A DNA stretch of 64,000 nucleotides from an uncultured Chloroflexia bacterium (GTDB lineage Bacteria > Chloroflexota > Anaerolineae > Anaerolineales > UBA4823). The stretch is taken from positions 1,829 through 65,828 of the forward strand of contig CAVZSS010000022.1 in assembly GCA_963777965.1 (NCBI GenBank). Direction: 5' to 3'. A model generated the notes under the pieces. It was not told where the DNA came from. It was given only the letters and a program-made list of their open reading frames with translations, and did not search any database. Below, piece after piece: positions 56,395 through 64,000 of the stretch. The number at the start of each line of letters is the position of its first letter. The stretch's first letter is position 1. The position numbers were made by a program, and so were the translations under genes.

Positions 56395-56775
56395 GTGAAA
56401 AACGGTAAATTCTATATTCTATTAATGGGTTTGCTATTGGTAACCTTATCTCTTTCGGCCTGCAGTGCTGGGTCATCAGAAAAATCGAATTTCCCCACTG
56501 GAAAATTCATGTCTTTTACTGATAAGTTTATTTCATATGAATTCAACGAAGATGGCACCTGGAGCTATCTTGATGCGGGGATGGTTAGCGCTGATGGCAC
56601 ATATACGGTTAAAGGTAATCAATGGATCGAGAATGGGACGGACGAATGTCCATTCGAAGGAACTTATGCATGGTCTTTTGATGGTACAAATCTCAGCTTC
56701 AAACTTGTGGGTGAGGATGCATGTGAGCCACGTAAAGCCGCCACGGATGGTGAAACTTTTGTAATCCTGAAATAA
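56395..56775 (+). CDS. Lipoprotein (small beta-rich domain)
   Basis: RBS aaggag; lipobox LSAC; two further Cys. Confidence 0.75.
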   Translation: MKNGKFYILLMGLLLVTLSLSACSAGSSEKSNFPTGKFMSFTDKFISYEFNEDGTWSYLDAGMVSADGTYTVKGNQWIENGTDECPFEGTYAWSFDGTNLSFKLVGEDACEPRKAATDGETFVILK

Positions 56776-56798
56776 GTATTCATTGACTTGATTTATAT

Positions 56799-56848
56799 AG
56801 CAAGGTGCCTCGATCTGCAAAAGCATTAATCTGATTAGGCACCTTGCT
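56799..56848 (+). terminator. Terminator after the lipoprotein gene
   Basis: agcaaggtgcct...aggcaccttgct 12-bp stem followed by a T-rich tract. Confidence 0.55.
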
Positions 56849-56897
56849 GTATTTCTTTTCTATTTGTAAACTCTCCAGGCAAACATAATCTTCTGTA

Positions 56898-56926
56898 TTG
56901 ACACTCAACGAGTTCCTGGGTATAGT
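56898..56926 (+). promoter_or_regulatory. Sigma70 promoter, probably giving a leaderless mRNA
   Basis: TTGACA-17nt-TATAGT, 7 nt before ATG 56934. Confidence 0.6.
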
Positions 56927-56933
56927 CCTCCGA

Positions 56934-57646
56934 ATGACCATACCCTCTGCCTCACCACAGAAAACCCGCCAGCTCTATCTCGTCATCGCCATCGGTTGCC
57001 TCCTGTTTGCGCTGCTCACCTTCCTTGCCATGCTGATCTACCCCGGTGGCTCAGTCGATGATCACGCTTCACCTGGCTATTCCTTCTCCCACAGCTTTCT
57101 CAGCAACCTGGGCATGCTCACTTCCCTCTCCGGTGAGCCGAATTGGGCTTCAGCCATCCTGTTCTTCACTCCCTGGCTGCAGCCGGGGTTTGCCTGGTGA
57201 TCTTCTTCATCCTATTTCCGCGTTTGTTCCAAAGCAGCCGCATTCAGCGGGTGCTTGGCGTGTTTGGATCGGTCTTCGGTGTCCTGGCAGGCATCAGCTT
57301 CGTGGGCATCGCCTGCGCCCCAGCGGATATCGCCAGGCCTGCCCACGTGCAGTTTGTCATCTGGGCTTTCCGTCTCTTCCCCCTGGCAGTGTTATTCTAC
57401 GTCCCGGTCCTCTTTCTAGATAAAAGTTACCCAAAAGTCTTTGCCTGGGTCTTCGCTGCCTTCTGTCTGATGCTGATCGGCTACTACCTGCTCCTCACCC
57501 AGGGTCCCGACTTTAGTTCCCCGCAGGGGCTGGTCATCCAGGTAATTGGGCAAAAGGTCATTGCCTATGCTTCTATTCTCAGCATCGGCATCCAATCCCT
57601 GGGGGCGTATAAGTTCTTGGGTAAACCTATCAGTATTGAGCTTTGA
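56934..57646 (+). CDS. Multi-pass membrane protein, DUF998-like (frameshift)
   Basis: AMLIYPGG...GYSF...FLSNLG; several TM helices; QK near the C-terminus. Confidence 0.65.
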
Positions 57647-57716
57647 GCCATGAGCTTTTTTCAGTTCCAAGAGCGATCAGCTTTGAGATTTGATCTGAAA
57701 GCCCAAGGCTGATAGC

Positions 57717-59370
57717 TCATAGCTTTTTATGCTTCAACACCACCCCCGGCAAATTACCGGTGTGTTCCTCCCCATTCACCACCATCATTCCATTCACGAA
57801 CACGAAATCAATCCCTTCCGGGTACTGGTGCGGGTAATTTTCGAAGGGATAGCTGTGCGGGTACAGGTTGGTAGCCCGGTCGCGCACCCGCTCCAGGTCG
57901 AACACGACGATGTCCGCCCATGCACCCGGTCGCAGCACCCCGCGGTCCCACAAGCCCAGCCGTTGGGCTGGGAAGGAGGTCATCTTGCGGATAGCCTCTT
58001 GCAAAGTCAACACCGGCTCATTGCGCACGTAACGCTCCAGCACGCCCGGGAACTCACCATAGCTGCACGGGGAATAGGGGGTCGGTTCATTCAGGAAGCC
58101 GTAGGGTGCCAGCACCTCCCCGTCGGACGAAATCATCACTGCCGGGTGCTTCAGCAGGATGCGAATATTGGCCTCGTCGATATAATCAAAGATAGCCTCT
58201 GCCCCATGACCATTTTCGATGATCAGGTCAAAATAAGTGTCGAAAGGATCATGGCCTCTTTCTTCTGCGATCCTTTGGATAGTCTTTCCGATTACCGCAG
58301 GTGTTTTCGGGCGCATGCAGTAGCGTGATCCGCTGCCACTGACCATGCTTGAGCAAGCCGGTTGGGCCAAATGCCGGCTTGTGATCCTCCACAATCTCCC
58401 TGCGAATTTCAGAACGCTTCTCGAGGTCTCGTAGCAGGGCTGCTATTTCCTCATCAGACTTATCCTGGATGTGCTGTGGCAGCCCATGTGCCAGCTCAGG
58501 TGCCAGGTCGGTGTGCAGGTCGTTATCCACCGTCACATCCTGACCACGCAGGCGTGCCTCCTCCACCAGGTTTAGGTTGGCACTCGCATCGCATGGCGCG
58601 CCGAACTTGGGTGCGTTGTGCGAGATCTGTACCGGTACACCAGCTTCATGCCCGATGTGGATGGCTTCAGCCACTGCCTGCAGGATGGTCTCGCGCTCCC
58701 CGCGGATGTGCGAGGTGTATATCCCATGATAGCGAGAGACGATCCGGCATAATGAAATTATCTCTTCGGTATTGGCATAACACCCGGGTGGGTAGACCAG
58801 CCCGGTGGACATCCCGAATGCCCCCGCCTGCATGGCAGATTCAAGCTGCACTTCCATAATTTCAAGATCATCGCAGGTTGCCTCACCCTCATTCAGACCC
58901 ATGGCCGCGATCCGCAGCGCTCCATGCCCTGCCAGCGGAGCAATGTTGATTCCCAACCCGCCGGACTGCAACACCTGCAGGTATTCCCCAAACGTGCGCC
59001 ACTCCCAGCTCACTTCCGGCTGGTTTGAGATGCTTCCCCATTGGTTTTTTATCTCAGCCAGGTGTGCATCCACCACTGGCGCTGGGCTCATCCCGCAGTT
59101 CCCGATCACGTGCGTGGTGGCACCCTGCCTGACGGCACTCTCCGCTCGCCGGTTGACAAGTATAGTAAGGTCCGAATGGGTGTGGATATCGATGAAACCC
59201 GGTGAGACGAAGCGCCCCGCCACATCCACCATCTGCTTCCCCTTCAATGTCCCCTCCGGGGCGATTTCGACGATGCGCCCCCCTTGAATGGCCAGGTCTC
59301 CCCAGAACCACGGATTCCCGCACCCATCCACGATCCGTCCATTGGCAAGCACGATGTCATGGATTTTCAT
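57717..59370 (-). CDS. N-acyl-D-amino acid deacylase / D-aminoacylase (frameshift)
   Basis: PGFIDIHTHSD, GNCG, STGLVYPPG, SHIRGE, RKMTSFPAQRLGL.DRG, ADIVVFD. Confidence 0.88.
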
Positions 59371-59407
59371 AATCTATCTCCAACATTCTCATCATTTCGT
59401 TAAATAA

Positions 59408-59916
59408 TTATCGTTTGTCTTCAACCAGAAAGATGTGGTCACAATACTCATTGCCTTCCATCAATGTCTTTGTCCGCTGGAATCCCAATTTGGGGTTATA
59501 GGATTTTACCCAAGGACCATCTCTGGCGCACATGACCATTCCAAGTTCGGGCTCACCAAGCCCTAGAAGGATCTCAGCATACATACAACGCGAGAAATGA
59601 TATCCTATCCGATCTGGCTCTTCGATCACCCTTTCCCATCGATGCGAACCAGCTGCCGCATGATCTACCATTGTACAGAATTTGAATAGATCCTCCTCAG
59701 GATTCCCTATTTCCTCTTCAGGTGGGAATTCCTGCTCCATCGCCATTTGCCGGACGACTTCGCGACTTCCGGACCAAACCGCTTTTCAATTGCATTAAGC
59801 AGCTGTACTGCCAGATCCAGCGAGACTGTCATTTTTCGTTTAAGCAGATCTAAAATGACCTCCTCATTCTCTGGGGAGATTGGCTGTGGAAGTAAATCAT
59901 TAAGGCTACCAGGCAT
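59408..59916 (-). CDS. L-2-amino-thiazoline-4-carboxylate hydrolase-like protein (frameshift)
   Basis: RCMYAE....GEPELG...C..D...RTKTLMEG..YCDH. Confidence 0.7.
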
Positions 59917-60262
59917 ATGACCTCCTTTAAAGTTTATTGCTGCACAAGCGATTTTAATACTTTGTAATTGCCTTACCGAAAAAATCTACTAACTGATCAA
60001 ACAAGTTTGCCTTATAAAATATACCTTCTAAATTATAGAACACTATATATAAACTCGTAATAGGCAAGTTGAATCAAAAACTTGAATGATCCCATTTTCC
60101 AATTCATACTTTTTCAGGAAGATTATCTTGCTATTCTCAAAAATCACTCTCGCTGGTATGGCGCGGAAATGCACTTAAATCAGCCGGATGATTTGATATG
60201 GGGTTTCGATAGTAATTGCCCGCTGCCAATGCCCGGCTTTTGGTACAATAACCTCATCAACC

Positions 60263-61281
60263 ATGCACCCTCACCTGCTCTCCCTCGCCTGCCAGCTCTA
60301 TGCCACTTCCCCCGGCCAGCTGATTCCTCTCTCGGGCGGGCATTCCAACGCGGTCTACAAATTCCCTCTCCAGAAGATCTCAAAGGATTTAAAACCTGTG
60401 AGGTCTTGAAATTCGGCGTGCTGCGCATCGGTGTGCAGGATTGTCCTGTCGAACAGACGCTTGCCATGCTTGAATGGGCGCGCTTCTTCATGACCATGGA
60501 GCCCCGGTCACCGCACCCCTGCCTTCTACCAATCATCTTCTGCTTGAGCAGCTCGAACATGAACGGCACCCACTACATCGTCACCGCCTTCCAGAATGCC
60601 GAGGGGACTTTGGCGGAAAACATCCCTCCTTCCGAATGGACGGATGACTTGTTTTGCAGCATTGGCCGCGCGGCAGGAAAATTTCACCGCATCTCGCTTG
60701 GCTACACTCCGTCCAGTCCAATCCTCACTCGCCCCATGTGGTTTGATAGCTACGAGATCGTCGAGGCGATCCAGCTGCTTGCCGCCTCAAACGACCCCGC
60801 CCGTGAAAAACTTGCCGCTTTGGTCGAAGCGTTGAAGCAGCTGCCTGCTGGTGCATCCGATTTTGGTCTTATCCACGATGACCTGCACTTCGCCAACTTT
60901 CTCATCCAGGCAGACGGTATGGTTTCAATCATCGATTTCGATGATTGTGCGTATAGCTGGTTTGCTATGGACGTCGCCATGGCCTTGTTTGACATCCTGG
61001 TGCTTTATGACCCGCTAAGTGAAGCGGATAAACAATCTTTTGCCCGTCGATTCCTCTCCAACTACCTCTCTGGTTACCGGATGGAAAAAGAAATGCCTCA
61101 ATACTGGCTGGAGCAGATTCCCCGCTTCCTCAAGCTCAAAGAGCTGTGTATTTACGCCACATTGATCGGTCATGCTGATATTGCCCAATCTGGTTCCTGG
61201 GTTGGGCGTTTCATGCGTGGTCGCTCCGACCGCATCGCTAACGAAGTAATCTACGTGGACATCGACTTTACAGCACTGTAG
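60263..61281 (+). CDS. Aminoglycoside phosphotransferase / homoserine kinase type II family kinase (frameshift near 60370)
   Basis: True start is probably ATG 60263 (MHPHLL...LSGGHSNAVYKF); IHDDLHFAN and IIDFDD catalytic motifs. Confidence 0.8.
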
Positions 61282-61733
61282 GGGGAAAGGTTGAAATTTC
61301 GATAAACCTGTTTATTCTGTTACGTTCGAATCCTTGGTGTCCGTTGCGCACTTTGTGGTTATCTTTATTGAATTCGCAGTAAAATTACCCCATGGGCTCC
61401 TTTCTTCGTCCCCCCGATGATGTCTACTGGCATTTCAGGCGCATGAAATCCGCTAACCAGGTGGGCGCGGAATATACCAGCTGGGAGGATGGCTGTCTTT
61501 ACCGGGTCAACTCTGCGCGCAGTATTTGCCGGGTGGTGGATGGTATTGAAGAACCGACTATTGACAGCCTTCCGTCCAGGCTGCCGGCTGGGGCACACGT
61601 ACTCACCGGATCAGGTTGGGGTTTCCATATGCATATCTCCACCTTCTACCAGCAGATCATCGCTAGCTCGGCGGCGAAACGAGAGCATAGCTAAATCTAA
61701 ATCATGGCAGGTCTGATTGCAGGTCTGATTGCC

Positions 61734-62180
61734 TCACCGGCTCATATTTCGTAGATTTTTTAACATCTCCTGGGTGGATGGGGCAGTCTGACGATAAAAA
61801 ACGGGTTGAAGGCTCTGATTCAATGAATCGTTGATTCTTTCTACATGTTTTGGATTAGTATTAATTGGAAGTCTATCCACATCGAAATACTTGCTCTCGC
61901 CGGCACCTTCCGTTATTGATAACTCCCCTCCAATGGCGTGGCAGATAAAGGAAAAATCCAATTCATCTTTATTGATTTTGCCATAAACTCCAACCAGGCG
62001 CCCGATCTCCACTTCCAGGCCACTTTCTTCCATCACCTCACGAATAAGGGCATCGGTTGGCATCTCCCCACTGTCAACTCGCCCGCCAGGTAGATTCCAC
62101 ACATCCATATCTTCCCGGTGGCACAGGAGTACCCGACCTAGTTCATCGAAAATGATACCAAATGCACCAATGTTGAACAT
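61734..62180 (-). CDS. NUDIX hydrolase
   Basis: WNLPGGRVDSGE....ALIREVMEESGL Nudix box. Confidence 0.9.
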   Translation of the reverse strand: MFNIGAFGIIFDELGRVLLCHREDMDVWNLPGGRVDSGEMPTDALIREVMEESGLEVEIGRLVGVYGKINKDELDFSFICHAIGGELSITEGAGESKYFDVDRLPINTNPKHVERINDSLNQSLQPVFYRQTAPSTQEMLKNLRNMSR

Positions 62181-62421
62181 TTAAACCTCCTAAAAAAGCC
62201 AGATGTTTTATTTTTCGCTCGCTAGGATGATCATCTGGGAGACCTCCCATACCTCAGGGTGAGCATGCCGATTGAATGGTCCAAAAGGTGTGGAACTATA
62301 ATCAATTTTACTATTCAATTGAATCAAGTTCTGGCTGATTATAAAAAAACCCTGATAGATGATTATCCAACAGGGTCGTTTTGGCTCCCGCGCTCACTTC
62401 AGCAGTATGAATCAGGTGCAA

Positions 62422-62977
62422 CTACCTGGTCAGTAGCGGGAGAAAGTTTCGCGGAGGGATATCTGCCGGGCAGGTCACCGAGCCATAATTTGCCGAAGCT
62501 AACCCACCCGAATCCCGTGCCCTCAAAGTATAGCTGTGATTTGCACCCAGGTTCGGATCACCACCTGCACCTTGAGCGCCGCATGGGACCCGGAATACCA
62601 TCATCTCTGACGGAACATACATAGTGCTTTGAAAAAAGCCACCATAACGGGCGCGGGTTTTGTCGTCAATTCCGATCGTCATGCTGATCATGTAATTAGG
62701 GCTCGCATCCGCGTACATGTACGCCCAGGTCATCAGGCATACGCCGGTGTTTGCCCTGGGGAGTATGCAGGATGCGGTTGGGCTGTCTATAAACGAGATG
62801 TCCGGCGATTCAATTTCAGGCTGTTCTCGTAGGGGAGCTGGGGTCGTTAGCGCTGGCATATTCAGGATTTCCCGGCGCTGGCTGCAGCGCAGGCGCAGCC
62901 TGGACCACTCCCCACGCCAGGAATAGACCTGCTAAAAGTGCTGTTACAGACAGGCTGATTCTAAGTGGATGAGACAT
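62422..62977 (-). CDS. Secreted Cys-containing hypothetical protein (paralog B; frameshift near 62860)
   Basis: Signal peptide from ATG 62977; ISFIDSPTASC...RARDSGGL..ANYG...CPA; ends FLPLLTR. Confidence 0.7.
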
Positions 62978-62995
62978 CTTATTTACCCACCTTGA

Positions 62996-63544
62996 TTAAG
63001 GTGTGTAGGCAGGACAATAAGCCGTGCCGTAATTTGCAGCTTTTAATCCACCAGAATCACGGGCGCGGATGGTATACGCATAGGCTTCCCCCCATTTTGG
63101 ATCTCCACCAGAACCTAAAGCACCACAGGCCACTTTATATCCCTGCGGGTTCATGTTATACGGCACGTACATGCTGGTCTGGAAAAAGCCGTTGTAGCGC
63201 CCCACGAAACCAAAATCGTTTAGCATTACCGTCATGGTGATCATATAGCTGGGATCTGCGCTCACCGACATGTAATACCAGTTGATGAAACACTCGTTTT
63301 TCGTTGTATCTGGTAGAACGCAGGCAGCAGTGGGTGAGTCGATAAAGCTGATCAGCGGTTGGTTGGATTGATCCGTTCCTTCTGGAGCGCTGACCTGGCG
63401 GGTGTTCCCGTCCAGGGATTCAGAGCTGATGACTACCTCACTTTTCGGTGCAGATATTTCCTGCCCGCGGGCAACCTGCAAGGCACCGAAAGCAGATAAG
63501 AGCATTAAACCAGCTATTGCTATGGGGATAATTATTTTGCGCAT
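62996..63544 (-). CDS. Secreted Cys-containing hypothetical protein (paralog A)
   Basis: Signal peptide; ISFIDSPTAAC...FFQTSMYVP...RARDSGGLKAANYG...CPA. Confidence 0.8.
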   Translation of the reverse strand: MRKIIIPIAIAGLMLLSAFGALQVARGQEISAPKSEVVISSESLDGNTRQVSAPEGTDQSNQPLISFIDSPTAACVLPDTTKNECFINWYYMSVSADPSYMITMTVMLNDFGFVGRYNGFFQTSMYVPYNMNPQGYKVACGALGSGGDPKWGEAYAYTIRARDSGGLKAANYGTAYCPAYTP

Positions 63545-63724
63545 GCTGAGCTCCTAAATAAATGGTTGGTTTGCAAGGAAGGCTAAATTCTTTGATTTGC
63601 CCAGCCCTGACGGTTGGTATTTTGAGCAAGCTAAATTTTTGTCATTATGAACTGGGTCTGGATTTATTTCCAATTAAAACAATCCTATGGCAGGTGGACA
63701 ATCGATCACCAGACTTGGGTAGTA

Positions 63725-63760
63725 ATTGGCTGAACCTGGGATAACGCAGGTTCAGCCAAT
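63725..63760. terminator. Perfect 14-bp stem-loop downstream of the small secreted-peptide gene
   Basis: attggctgaacctg-ggataacg-caggttcagccaat. Confidence 0.55.
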
Positions 63761-63799
63761 GATGTGGAATCGAAGCTTACTGGATGTTTCGAAAATTGT

Positions 63800-63964
63800 T
63801 TATGCCGCTTCGATCTCAACTGTGCTGCCATCCACTGCATCCAGGCTGATGGCACCTTCATCGATTTGCTCAATGGATGCCTTACCGCGTGATGCCTGGT
63901 ATACACCCAAGCCAGTCAGAAGTAGAAATGTTGCAATTCCAAGGGGAATAATTATTTTTCGCAT
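63800..63964 (-). CDS. 54-aa secreted peptide homologous to the N-terminus of paralog A (not in the ORF track)
   Basis: RBS aggag; MRKIIIPLGIATFLLLTGLGVYQASRGKASIEQIDEGAISLDAVDGSTVEIEAA. Confidence 0.65.
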   Translation of the reverse strand: MRKIIIPLGIATFLLLTGLGVYQASRGKASIEQIDEGAISLDAVDGSTVEIEAA

Positions 63965-64000
63965 TGTGAGCTCCTTTTTTTTAATTTGCCGTCTGAGGTT

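Noticed and set aside
60082-60262. N-terminal extension of the 399-aa kinase ORF
   Set aside because: The region contains a promoter-like TGgTACAAT, and the kinase Gly-rich N-terminus is encoded in another frame from ATG 60263.
61365-61716. ORFs 61392..61694 (+) and 61365..61598 (-)
   Set aside because: No recognisable motifs or RBS; possibly a gene remnant, but unsupported.

Overview
Bacterial chromosomal DNA of roughly 50% GC, most likely from an anaerobic Chloroflexota (Anaerolineae-like) organism; this is inferred from REP types, gene content and a C-terminal LPLxxR motif. Many genes are broken by single-base indels, which looks like uncorrected long-read error rather than real pseudogenes. 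In order, the window holds: (1) an Opp-family oligosaccharide ABC transporter with GH2 beta-mannosidase, GH3 beta-glucosidase and GH94 cellobiose phosphorylase; (2) a RAYT transposase, DNA glycosylase, M32 peptidase and FAD oxidase; (3) an ArsR-headed redox island with a triheme cytochrome, two YeeE/YedE half-transporters, a Phs/Psr-type molybdoenzyme (ABC), a Rieske/cytochrome b/multiheme-c complex and FmdE; (4) a second RAYT inside a 93-bp tandem REP array; (5) an unannotated Flp pilin with a long leader; (6) a split cyclase-STAND-TPR-PP2C pair and AbfD; (7) a ferredoxin/flavoprotein/cytochrome b/17-heme cytochrome operon; (8) a membrane-anchored STAND-TPR receptor with five extracellular repeats and a partner ATPase; (9) assorted enzymes and a trio of related secreted proteins. 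The strongest hidden signal is an in-frame TGA at the conserved Cys of the second YeeE half, immediately followed by a SECIS-like hairpin, i.e. a candidate selenocysteine-containing sulfur/selenium transporter inside a respiratory operon. No rRNA, tRNA or CRISPR array was seen.
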